A DNA stretch of 64,000 nucleotides. It comes from a virus. Positions 56,000 through 63,738 of the stretch are shown piece by piece. Where the stretch lies: positions 1 to 64,000 of IMG/VR virus record IMGVR_UViG_3300033186_000010. One strand, 5' to 3'. Positions within the stretch are counted from its first letter, which is position 1. Each line of letters starts with the position of its first letter. The translations under genes and the position numbers were made by a program. A model generated the notes under the pieces. It saw only the letters and a list, made by a program, of their open reading frames with translations. It searched no databases and was not told the DNA's origin.

Positions 56000-56555
56000 A
56001 AATAGGCCTAAGAAAATAAACAAGGGTACCTACCAAGAAAGGGCCCTTGCCGAATTGGATAATATGACTATCCGTCAAATCCAAAGAGAATGTGCTTTAC
56101 GAGGATTAAGCCCACGTAGAGTAGTAAAATGGGATATCCCAAAACTTTCAGGATGGTTTATCGAACATTTCCTAGATGATAGAGATCCTCAAAACCTAAT
56201 TGAACATGATAAGGCGGTTGAGGAATTAATCAGGAAAAGAAATACCAAACTGGGTAAGGAAACTATCCCTGAACTATTCCATCCATCCTTAAAACTAGCT
56301 TATGTAGGTGGGGATGAGAACTCTGGTAGAAAACCAAGAGTACCTAAGATAAAAGGGTTCAAGGCTCCAAAGAAAAAACGGGAGAGAACCGAACAAGGGG
56401 TATTCAAGGGTACTAAAAAGGCATTAACATTCGAGCTTGCAGCAAGTGGAATGGAGAAAGCTGATGTAATTAAGAAAGTCCTAGAGGAGTTTCCCGATGC
56501 AAGGGAGAAATCTATAGGTATTTGGTATAACAAAGCACTAAAGGAAAAGAAATAA
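55980..56555 (+). CDS. hypothetical basic protein with SAP/HeH-like motif
   Basis: MTIRQIQRECALRGLSPRR resembles SAP/Rho-N type helix-extension-helix motifs. Lys/Arg-rich. Confidence 0.35.
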   Translation: MAKKRNRNRPKKINKGTYQERALAELDNMTIRQIQRECALRGLSPRRVVKWDIPKLSGWFIEHFLDDRDPQNLIEHDKAVEELIRKRNTKLGKETIPELFHPSLKLAYVGGDENSGRKPRVPKIKGFKAPKKKRERTEQGVFKGTKKALTFELAASGMEKADVIKKVLEEFPDAREKSIGIWYNKALKEKK

Positions 56556-57509
56556 ATGGCCTTAGGGGTTGTATGGAATAGGCCTTATTCAGTTAAGTTC
56601 AAACCAAGGCTGGGATATCATTATGTAGTGGACTTTAAGAACCCGGATAGTCCTGGCCTGGTAAGGAGACACTTCTATAATAGAGCTCTTGCACAGGTAT
56701 GGATGGATAATCTATCCAAACATCCTAAGTTCAAGGCTCATATGGAATCCTTCGTTATAGTGCCTTATTCCAAGATCAAAGATTTAGAGATACGAGCACC
56801 ACTATTCATCCTTACCGCTAAATGGTTCGATGAAAGGTATAAAGTGGATAAATATACCTATCCTCCTGGCTTAACGGATAGGCAAAAGCTGCAATGGAGA
56901 ACAAAGATTAGGAGGAAACAGGTTTATAACCAAAAACAATATAACGACATGGACCCAAACAAAGTAATTGAGGGGAAACCGAATCTGTTCGTTACTCGGT
57001 ATGTAAAATACTATCGAGACAACGAACTGGCCTTTAGTAAACCGGTAAACTGTTATACCAAAATAAAACAGGCCTTAAAAAGAGAGAAAGCCTATTACCC
57101 GAGAGAGGTAGTAATGGTAACCAACATAATCAGGATGCTGGATCGATTTTATCCCGGTCACTATTCTAGAATTAAGGTTGCTATTAAACTATACAAGAAA
57201 TATCGGGACCAGATTAATAATAGGATATCAAGGTACCGAAATGCTTTATTTAATCGAGGTAAACGGGTATGCTTTCATTGCTCTAATGCTGAGGCTAAGG
57301 AAGAGTTAATTGCAAGAGGATTCTTACCTGCTAACAGGGTGGGATACTCAAATGGCTCAACCATAACCTCAATCGATGGGAAATTAATATACCCAACTAT
57401 CTTTGGCCCTATAGACGGGGTTCAGGAATCGGATATGACAAATGTATATCACGAACATGGCAAATATGGGTTATCGGGCCATACTCGGGTAAATATATCG
57501 GAGAACTAG
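56556..57509 (+). CDS. hypothetical protein
   Basis: 317-aa ORF. No family recognised. Confidence 0.5.
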   Translation: MALGVVWNRPYSVKFKPRLGYHYVVDFKNPDSPGLVRRHFYNRALAQVWMDNLSKHPKFKAHMESFVIVPYSKIKDLEIRAPLFILTAKWFDERYKVDKYTYPPGLTDRQKLQWRTKIRRKQVYNQKQYNDMDPNKVIEGKPNLFVTRYVKYYRDNELAFSKPVNCYTKIKQALKREKAYYPREVVMVTNIIRMLDRFYPGHYSRIKVAIKLYKKYRDQINNRISRYRNALFNRGKRVCFHCSNAEAKEELIARGFLPANRVGYSNGSTITSIDGKLIYPTIFGPIDGVQESDMTNVYHEHGKYGLSGHTRVNISEN

Positions 57510-57563
57510 AACCCGGAATTCTATTAAGTAATGTAAATATAATTTAATTAACACAAGGAAAAA

Positions 57564-58169
57564 ATGAAAAAGTTAACAGGAAAGAAACTACAGGAAGTGA
57601 TTGAACTGGAAAATGGATTTGCTATCCTAGTATTTTCAGATGGCACAAAAATCATTGTAATGTTAGGTGGAGAACTTCCAGCAATGGGAGAATCTGATTC
57701 AGAAGATGAGGCTGAGGACTCAGATGACGAAGATGAGGATGAAGACGAAGATGAGGATGAAGACGAGGACGAAGATGAGGACTCGGATGACGAAGATGAG
57801 GACGAGGATGAAGACGAGGATGAACTTTCCATTGAGGAAATGAAGGACCAACTTTTCGAGGAGAAAATCGCCAAGAAAAAGGACCTTAAGAAAATGTCCG
57901 ACGAGGAAATCCAGGAAATGTGGGAAGAAAACTTCGGAGATGACGATGACGAGGACGAAGATGAGGACGACGAGGAAGAAGAAACTACCTGGGAAGACCT
58001 TGAGGGAATGGACTCGGAAGAACTTGAGGAATTCTGCGACGAAAACGACTTAAACACCGACCCTGAAGATTTCGAGGATGACGAAGATGGTTTCAGAAGA
58101 GCAATTGCTGAGGAACTGGATATCGAGGCTCCAAAGAAAAAGAAAAAAGGTGGTAAGAAAAAGAAGTAA
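57564..58169 (+). CDS. hyper-acidic protein with long Asp/Glu tracts and a poly-Lys tail
   Basis: 201 aa. Tracts DSDDEDEDEDEDEDEDEDEDEDSDDEDEDEDEDEDE and DDDDEDEDEDDEEEE. Ends APKKKKKGGKKKK. ATG start with a hairpin downstream. Confidence 0.6.
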   Translation: MKKLTGKKLQEVIELENGFAILVFSDGTKIIVMLGGELPAMGESDSEDEAEDSDDEDEDEDEDEDEDEDEDEDSDDEDEDEDEDEDELSIEEMKDQLFEEKIAKKKDLKKMSDEEIQEMWEENFGDDDDEDEDEDDEEEETTWEDLEGMDSEELEEFCDENDLNTDPEDFEDDEDGFRRAIAEELDIEAPKKKKKGGKKKK

Positions 58170-58189
58170 TCCACTTCTAAATTAATTCT

Positions 58190-58216
58190 AAAGGGCTGGC
58201 ATAGTTTCAGCCCTTT
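58190..58216 (+). terminator. hairpin after the acidic-protein gene (terminator or processing signal)
   Basis: AAAGGGCTG (58190-58198) pairs with CAGCCCTTT (58208-58216). Only a short T-run follows, and the tRNA-like gene starts 5 nt later. Confidence 0.4.
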
Positions 58217-58220
58217 ATCT

Positions 58221-58305
58221 GGAAAATTAGCTCAGTTGGTAGAGCATTGCATAGGGTCGGGGGCGGCACATGCAAAGGTCAAGGGTTCGAGTCCTTTATT
58301 TTCCA
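58221..58305 (+). tRNA. tRNA-like gene with a 19-nt anticodon loop (12 extra nt); isotype undetermined
   Basis: Cloverleaf parts read by hand:
- Acceptor stem GGAAAAT/ATTTTCC, 7 bp.
- D arm GCTC-AGTTGGTA-GAGC.
- Anticodon stem TTGCA/TGCAA enclosing TAGGGTCGGGGGCGGCACA.
- Variable loop AGGTC.
- T arm AAGGG-TTCGAGT-CCTTT.
- Discriminator A.
No CCA is encoded. Confidence 0.6.
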
Positions 58306-58522
58306 CTATGTTCAACTACGAGGAGAACTGGGGTTAATCTGCAGCAGGTTAATCCCAAACGGCTAATCCCTCCGACATGGGATTATCAAAGGCTAATGGG
58401 TAACTTCATATTCATATCTACAAACATTTTCTCAGAAAAGGTCATTAGCTTTAATACAATGCCAACTGGTAACTTTAGTAACATGCTAGGGGAATAGGAT
58501 TAGGTCCCTATTCCCCTTTTTT
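58306..58522 (+). ncRNA. candidate structured non-coding RNA between the tRNA-like gene and a strong terminator
   Basis: No credible ORF. GGYTAAT occurs four times. There is a perfect hairpin TAATCCC-TCCGACAT-GGGATTA and a possible long-range GCTAATG/CATTAGC pairing. The region ends at the terminator at 58489-58522. Confidence 0.35.
58489..58522 (+). terminator. strong rho-independent terminator
   Basis: GGGGAATAGG (58489-58498) pairs with CCTATTCCCC (58507-58516), followed by TTTTTT. Confidence 0.8.
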
Positions 58523-58598
58523 GATTTTAAAATTTCGAAGGACCCATATACACGTTTTGTTATGTTTAGTAGGCTGGATTATGAGTTCCTTGCATCGA

Positions 58599-58620
58599 GT
58601 TATTAATTTATCTATATTTG
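58599..58620 (+). promoter_or_regulatory. phage promoter family GTTATTA-N7-TATATTTG
   Basis: GTTATTA at 58599-58605 and TATATTTG at 58613-58620. The ATG at 58647 lies 27 nt downstream. Confidence 0.55.
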
Positions 58621-58646
58621 TTGTATAAATAAAAAAGATATAAAAA

Positions 58647-59423
58647 ATGCCTTTAACAAATTTTAAGGTCTCAGACCATCAGAAGAAACATATCCATCTG
58701 GTCACTCAGTATTTAAAACTTACTGAAAAAGGGGCTCATAAAATCCCGGATAGGATGGTGGCCAGCACTAAGGCAGTAATTGCTGCTATGGCGGATAAGG
58801 TTAAGGAAAAATCTATAAAGGGTAACAATGTATATGTTGGATTACCCTACTCAGTCAAAAGAACTAATGCCACTTACCTAAGCCCACTACGTAGAAGGCA
58901 ATCTTCTATCGAATCCACTCAACCAATCACCCATGAACATTCGGAAATATTGGTTATGGTATGTGAACTATTCCATATCAGGATAATGTGGAAATATGTC
59001 ATGGCTGGGGATAATGCTATAAAGAGTATAGCGTTGGTAGGATCCCAAAACCACGTTGCAGCTGCAGCAGAGTTCTTGGATCACTATTTCCTTCAACTCC
59101 AAACCTACAGGGTATACAGAAGGATGGAATATCACAGTAAAAGGCATAATGGTGAGGATATGTCATTATTCACTGATGCTAAGGATTATTCTAGTACTTT
59201 TATAAAGGAATTAGTTCTCATTTGTAATGATACTATTAGAAAAGAACTAGAAAATCACCTGTTAAATCGTATGCATCCATCCCAAGCTACTCTATTGGAG
59301 CAATGGATTCCAAATGCGATAAAACTTGACTATAGGGACTATCACTATCAGACAAAGCCGATGTATCACAATGCCCTAAGTAAGAAATGGCATGACAAAA
59401 GATTTTTACCATGCGAGCTTTAG
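58647..59423 (+). CDS. hypothetical protein
   Basis: 258-aa ORF downstream of a promoter-family motif. No family recognised. Confidence 0.55.
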   Translation: MPLTNFKVSDHQKKHIHLVTQYLKLTEKGAHKIPDRMVASTKAVIAAMADKVKEKSIKGNNVYVGLPYSVKRTNATYLSPLRRRQSSIESTQPITHEHSEILVMVCELFHIRIMWKYVMAGDNAIKSIALVGSQNHVAAAAEFLDHYFLQLQTYRVYRRMEYHSKRHNGEDMSLFTDAKDYSSTFIKELVLICNDTIRKELENHLLNRMHPSQATLLEQWIPNAIKLDYRDYHYQTKPMYHNALSKKWHDKRFLPCEL

Positions 59424-59764
59424 AATTAGTAGAGAAACTTAAGGCCTGTCAAAGGGAACTGAAGGAAATAGCTGAATTAAGGAAGGATAATCCTAAATCG
59501 AGGACCTACTTAATGAGGTATAATCAGCTTAAGGATAAAACCGAAGTATTAACCCGTAGGCTTAAGGCTTATGGGACTAAGGGAGAACTATACATAGTGT
59601 CATGGACTCAGGAAAATAAAACCTGTTACGTGATGTACAACGATTTGGCTTCAGAATCAGAAGCTACAGCATTATTCAAAATAAAAATGCCCCATATAAC
59701 TGAGTTCACAGTCAGGGCGTTACAACCAGGAAAGATTTATAATTACTCAAGTACTGGAAAGTAA
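59411..59764 (+). CDS. hypothetical protein
   Basis: 117-aa ORF overlapping the upstream stop. No family recognised. Confidence 0.5.
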   Translation: MRALELVEKLKACQRELKEIAELRKDNPKSRTYLMRYNQLKDKTEVLTRRLKAYGTKGELYIVSWTQENKTCYVMYNDLASESEATALFKIKMPHITEFTVRALQPGKIYNYSSTGK

Positions 59765-59825
59765 AATACTATTGTAAAATGTAACCAGGATATATAAACC
59801 TGACAGAGAATAGATTTATTAATAA

Positions 59826-59846
59826 ACTAAATTAAATTACGATGGC
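59826..59846 (+). promoter_or_regulatory. 21-nt leader/start-region element ACTAAATTAAATTACGATGGC, copy 2
   Basis: Identical to 35960-35980. Contains the ATG at 59842. Confidence 0.6.
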
Positions 59847-60414
59847 AACGAAGAAAAAAACATCCGCCAAAAAAGAAAGCAAAGAGTTAACTCCAGAAGA
59901 AATCTTGGAACAATTAACTGCTGCAAAACAAGAACTTAAAGAGGCTCGTACTCCGGTTAAAAAAATCCGCATGAAGCATAAGTGCATGAAGTCGGGTTCA
60001 GTACCTAAGGACAAAAAGGTTGCTACGGAACTGAAAAAATTGGAAAAAGTGGTTGAGGCTTGCGTTGCAAAACGTGACGAACTTCAGGAAGCTTACGATG
60101 CTGTAAAACCTAAGAAAGCTGCTGGTGAGAGAAACACCAAATACGAATACCCTGAAGGTCTTTCGGATGCGGAAAAGAAAAAGTTCCGTGCCAAAATGAG
60201 AAGAGAGGCCAAAGCTGCTGAAGGTGGTGAGGAAAAAACCTCAAAGAAATCATCTAAGAAAAAGGATGAGGCTAAAGAGGAAAAATCATCAAAGAAAAAA
60301 GGTGGTAAAAAGAAAGTAAGCAAGGACCAGGAAGAGGCTCACGATGCTGCTAAGAAAGTTACCAAAAAGAAAGGTAAAAAAGGTAAAAAGGAAACTGAAG
60401 AAGAGGATGATTAA
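59842..60414 (+). CDS. Lys-rich highly charged protein (histone H1-like composition)
   Basis: 190 aa with many KKK/KKKG tracts and an acidic end EEEDD. A terminator follows. Confidence 0.6.
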   Translation: MATKKKTSAKKESKELTPEEILEQLTAAKQELKEARTPVKKIRMKHKCMKSGSVPKDKKVATELKKLEKVVEACVAKRDELQEAYDAVKPKKAAGERNTKYEYPEGLSDAEKKKFRAKMRREAKAAEGGEEKTSKKSSKKKDEAKEEKSSKKKGGKKKVSKDQEEAHDAAKKVTKKKGKKGKKETEEEDD

Positions 60415-60449
60415 TCCTCAGTAAGTTCTTTTTTATATTCACTTGGGAA

Positions 60450-60482
60450 AGGCTTACTCTATTAGGGAGTAGGCCTTTTTTT
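60450..60482 (+). terminator. rho-independent terminator
   Basis: AGGCTTACTC pairs with GAGTAGGCCT (10-bp stem with one T-G wobble), followed by TTTTTTT. Confidence 0.7.
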
Positions 60483-60499
60483 CATTAACAGTAAAGCAA

Positions 60500-61261
60500 A
60501 TGAAGAAAAAGCTGAGATTACAACTATTCAATAAAGAGGGAGTACCCTGCCTAGAAAAGTGGGTAGATCAGGCAACAGAGTTCTATGCTGGACCTAAGGA
60601 AGCACATGATGGGCTAATCAGGGTAGAGTTTACTTTGGGAGATCAGGGGGATGTGGAGAAAGCTAAAAGATACCTTGACCAATTAACTGGGAACTTAGAA
60701 TTGCCTCGTAAGAGAGGTAGAACTGCTGTAAATAATAACAATGATATTGAGATGTCTGCTGATCAAAGAAAAGAATTATTAGATGTGGCCTGCAAGAAAA
60801 AGGATCAAAATGCCTTTTTCGATTACCTAAGAAACGAGGGGGACTTCAGGTTCGTAGATCAATCCTTCCTTAAGAGCCTTGGGCTATGGGGTAAATTAGG
60901 ATTGAGTAAGATCCATGAGGATGTGAAATATTCTTACATGATGCGAGCAATCAAGTTTGCAAAAGATCCAAAGAATGATAAATACGACCCACAAATGGTA
61001 GTCGTTGCTAGATTAATTGGAAAACGCATGGAAAGGATTACCCTTTACCTCAACGGGGAGAAGTATAAAGTTATTAAGCTGTCAATTCCTAAACACCAAA
61101 CCGAGGTACTTAAAACCAATGGGGCTTTTAAATTTGATAAGGCCATGACTGAGGATGAGAGGGATAGATTCCGAAAGGAACATAGAGAATTGGTAAATGG
61201 TAAACCAGCTAAGTCTAAATTCTACAGAAGGTGGGAGCCTTTCGTAAAAATGCCTAAGTAA
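60500..61261 (+). CDS. hypothetical protein
   Basis: 253-aa ORF followed by a terminator. No family recognised. Confidence 0.55.
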   Translation: MKKKLRLQLFNKEGVPCLEKWVDQATEFYAGPKEAHDGLIRVEFTLGDQGDVEKAKRYLDQLTGNLELPRKRGRTAVNNNNDIEMSADQRKELLDVACKKKDQNAFFDYLRNEGDFRFVDQSFLKSLGLWGKLGLSKIHEDVKYSYMMRAIKFAKDPKNDKYDPQMVVVARLIGKRMERITLYLNGEKYKVIKLSIPKHQTEVLKTNGAFKFDKAMTEDERDRFRKEHRELVNGKPAKSKFYRRWEPFVKMPK

Positions 61262-61264
61262 TAG

Positions 61265-61290
61265 GGGGAGCTAAGGAGGCTCCCTTTCTT
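61265..61290 (+). terminator. terminator-like hairpin
   Basis: GGGAGC (61266-61271) pairs with GCTCCC (61279-61284), followed by TTTCTT. Confidence 0.5.
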
Positions 61291-61326
61291 GTTAGAAAAT
61301 CGGTTAGCACTGGGAAGTTAAACCCG

Positions 61327-61348
61327 GTTATTATTTTTTATATATTTG
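61327..61348 (+). promoter_or_regulatory. phage promoter family GTTATTA-N7-TATATTTG
   Basis: GTTATTA at 61327-61333 and TATATTTG at 61341-61348. The ATG at 61373 follows. Confidence 0.55.
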
Positions 61349-61372
61349 TATTATCAAATCAAAATAATAAGA

Positions 61373-61759
61373 ATGACAAAAATTATTAAACTATCCGAGA
61401 AGTGCACTACGGTGGACCAAATTATCCGAGAAGTATGCGGGGAACTTATTAAATCTCTGGATTCAATCGACCAGGATAAAAAGTATACCGATCAGTTCAT
61501 GGATATTATATCTCAAAGGGATTGCACTCCAAAGGATTTCGATAACTCCTTAAACCAGATTAGGGATACATTTAAAGATATCATTAGGGAGCCATCTTCT
61601 ATTAGGGATTTACCTGCTGGCCCAGAAAAATCCTTATTCTCTACTGCTCTTAATCATTTAGAGCCAAGATTCTCCAAATCCGAGCATAACAGGCATAACC
61701 TAGCAAAGGTTTGGAAGAGACTATTGATAAATAATCAACCAATATTAAAAATAAGCTAG
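61373..61759 (+). CDS. hypothetical protein
   Basis: Start trimmed to the ATG at 61373 (MTKIIKL), because the ORF-track TTG start lies inside the promoter motif. Confidence 0.5.
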   Translation: MTKIIKLSEKCTTVDQIIREVCGELIKSLDSIDQDKKYTDQFMDIISQRDCTPKDFDNSLNQIRDTFKDIIREPSSIRDLPAGPEKSLFSTALNHLEPRFSKSEHNRHNLAKVWKRLLINNQPILKIS

Positions 61760-61761
61760 CC

Positions 61762-62046
61762 ATGAAAAGACAAACACCTCAAGTAAGTAAGTTTAAAATG
61801 CAGGAAGTAGATTCCTCCAACATCAAGGCAATTGGACATTCAAAATCCAACAATGTACTAAAGGTAGAATTCCATAATGGATCTGCCTATACCTACTATC
61901 CCGTAGCTAGGGGGATTTATAAGGCCTTACTAAAGGCTGAATCGGTAGGAAAGGAATTCAACCAGGTAATCAGGTCCAACAAGAAACTGGAATCCATTCA
62001 GGTACAGAACAAGAATGGGGAACAAATGGATGAGATGTCATGCTAG
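61762..62046 (+). CDS. KTSC-domain protein
   Basis: VDSSNIKAIGHSKSNNVLKVEFHNGSAYTYYPVARGIYKALLKAESVGKEFNQVIR matches the KTSC domain pattern. Confidence 0.7.
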   Translation: MKRQTPQVSKFKMQEVDSSNIKAIGHSKSNNVLKVEFHNGSAYTYYPVARGIYKALLKAESVGKEFNQVIRSNKKLESIQVQNKNGEQMDEMSC

Positions 62047-62217
62047 AAGACCAGGTGCTATTAATATACTCATACAGCAAATACCATTGCTTCTTCGGTA
62101 GGGAAGTGATTAGGTAGTTTAATTATTTTTATTTATACTATGAACAGAAGCCAATGCCTCGGGTAAAACCGGGGTTTTGGTGATGAAAAGGTACTATGTT
62201 TAACCAAACTTAAAACC

Positions 62218-62850
62218 ATGAGTAAGAATACAGCCTATGGGATTATTCTGGTACTGGCCTTAGCAAATGTAATTGCTATATCCTGTGCTATACAGAATAA
62301 TCCTAAACAGTTCAACCTTACCGGTGAGGGATTAATTACAGAGTTCCCAACACTTGAACAAGAATCAACCGAATTCCGGATAATTAAGGATCAAGTGATC
62401 CTGGCTAAGAAGCCAAAGCCTGATGCACCAACTATTAAATGGGCCAAGGACACCCTAATTGCTCAGGCTATCTATAGAAAAATACAAGATTTGGACATTC
62501 AACATCCGGACATCGTCCTATGCCAGGTAATCCTGGAAACTGGTCACTTTTCTAGCTATGCTTATCGCCATAGAAACAACCTACTGGGGATAGGAGGAGA
62601 CTATAGTAATAACCGAAGATTCCAAAGCAAGGACGAATCTCTGGAATATTACAAAAGATGGCAGGAAAAGCTATACAACGAATCAACCAAAAAATCTACC
62701 CAATGGTCGGGTTATTACGATTTCTTGGAAAGATTATTTCAGGATAATCGTAATAGGTGGTTAAGGTACGCAGAAGACCCCAAATACGTGTATAAATTGA
62801 AACGTATCCACAGAATGGTTTTCGGGAAACCTCCTACTGCATTAGGTTAA
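62218..62850 (+). CDS. endolysin, glucosaminidase (LytD/FlgJ-type) family, with N-terminal signal/anchor
   Basis: CQVILETGHFSSYAYRHRNNLLGIGG matches the glucosaminidase active-site region (ILESGWG...NN.FGIK). N-terminus YGIILVLALANVIAISCA is hydrophobic. Confidence 0.65.
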   Translation: MSKNTAYGIILVLALANVIAISCAIQNNPKQFNLTGEGLITEFPTLEQESTEFRIIKDQVILAKKPKPDAPTIKWAKDTLIAQAIYRKIQDLDIQHPDIVLCQVILETGHFSSYAYRHRNNLLGIGGDYSNNRRFQSKDESLEYYKRWQEKLYNESTKKSTQWSGYYDFLERLFQDNRNRWLRYAEDPKYVYKLKRIHRMVFGKPPTALG

Positions 62851-62969
62851 AAACCGGAAGAAAGAGAAGACAATACAAAATATAAACTAGGTTTATACTG
62901 TGATATTTTTCTCTGCCTATATCAACAAAATGAAATTTTGTGCAAATTTCAGAATATTTAAGTTAGAGC

Positions 62970-63003
62970 AAAGGCTTCTCCTAATCCGAGAAGCCTTTCT
63001 TTG
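62970..63003 (+). terminator. rho-independent terminator
   Basis: AAAGGCTTCTC (62970-62980) pairs with GAGAAGCCTTT (62988-62998), followed by CTTTG. Confidence 0.65.
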
Positions 63004-63040
63004 TGTTGGATACTGGGATGGATCTGGGAATTAAAATCAG

Positions 63041-63062
63041 GTTATTATTTTTATTATATTTG
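63041..63062 (+). promoter_or_regulatory. phage promoter family GTTATTA-N7-TATATTTG
   Basis: GTTATTA at 63041-63047 and TATATTTG at 63055-63062. The ATG at 63084 follows. Confidence 0.55.
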
Positions 63063-63083
63063 TATAAACAAACAATAAAAAAT

Positions 63084-63227
63084 ATGAAAGATGAAATTTA
63101 TACCGATTACCCATATCAACCCCGCAAACGGGAAAACCGCATTAAAAGATTAGGTATATATCTAGCGGGACTTGGGGTAATTGCTTTTATGATTCTTATA
63201 ATATTGATATTTTTAATACTAGGATAA
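63084..63227 (+). CDS. small membrane protein
   Basis: 47 aa from the ATG at 63084 (MKDEIYTDYPYQ...), with C-terminal TM LGIYLAGLGVIAFMILIILIFLILG. The ORF-track start at 63003 lies upstream of the promoter. Confidence 0.45.
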   Translation: MKDEIYTDYPYQPRKRENRIKRLGIYLAGLGVIAFMILIILIFLILG

Positions 63228-63728
63228 ATGACACGAGTAAATTATGGAGTCCATCCATCCAAGCTAATCGATAAATTAGTTAGGGCTGAGCACAGAGAAA
63301 TCGTTAGGGTACCAAATGACTTTGCCAAACGAATGGCAATTGATCATCCTATGAATGACATCCCTCCTAGGGTATTATTAAATAAAGGCCATGTCAAATA
63401 CTTCATGGCACATGGCAAACATACCCACGAACGGCTACTTTTATTACAGGAGGAAATGATCATCAGGAAAATGAACTTTACCGATTACTCTAGTGCTTGG
63501 GATATTTACGAGGAGTATCCTGAATGGTATAATGAGGTACCACCTCAACCACATGGGTATAAAATATTACAAGAGCGATTATTTGAACGTATCGATGGCT
63601 ATGTAAAACCCAATAGGTATTTCGGTAAGGAGATATCCAAGGATGATGCTAAAAAGCTAATCATCGAACCCAATTTCGAACACACATTAAAAATGAGGCT
63701 CAACATTGATCAGAGCCTCATATACTAA
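63228..63728 (+). CDS. denV: pyrimidine dimer DNA glycosylase (T4 endonuclease V family)
   Basis: MTRVNYGVHPSKLIDKLVRAEHREIVRVPN parallels T4 EndoV [27 protein letters not shown]. 166 aa. Confidence 0.8.
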   Translation: MTRVNYGVHPSKLIDKLVRAEHREIVRVPNDFAKRMAIDHPMNDIPPRVLLNKGHVKYFMAHGKHTHERLLLLQEEMIIRKMNFTDYSSAWDIYEEYPEWYNEVPPQPHGYKILQERLFERIDGYVKPNRYFGKEISKDDAKKLIIEPNFEHTLKMRLNIDQSLIY

Positions 63729-63738
63729 AAATAAAGGT

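Noticed and set aside
57548-58174. 208-aa Ser-rich ORF on the minus strand
   Set aside because: It is the mirror image of the GAN-repeat codons of the acidic-protein gene (57564..58169). It is pure low complexity. The plus-strand gene has a sensible start, an ordered N-terminus and a downstream hairpin.
58221-58305. Suppressor tRNA linked to stop-codon recoding
   Set aside because: All large genes in the window read through with the standard code and have no in-frame stops. No CUA, UCA or UUA anticodon can be placed in a normal 7-nt loop.
58270-58497. 75-aa plus-strand ORF
   Set aside because: Its ATG lies inside the anticodon region of the tRNA-like gene, and it runs through hairpin-rich sequence that ends at a terminator. 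It has no coding-like composition. The region is better explained as RNA.
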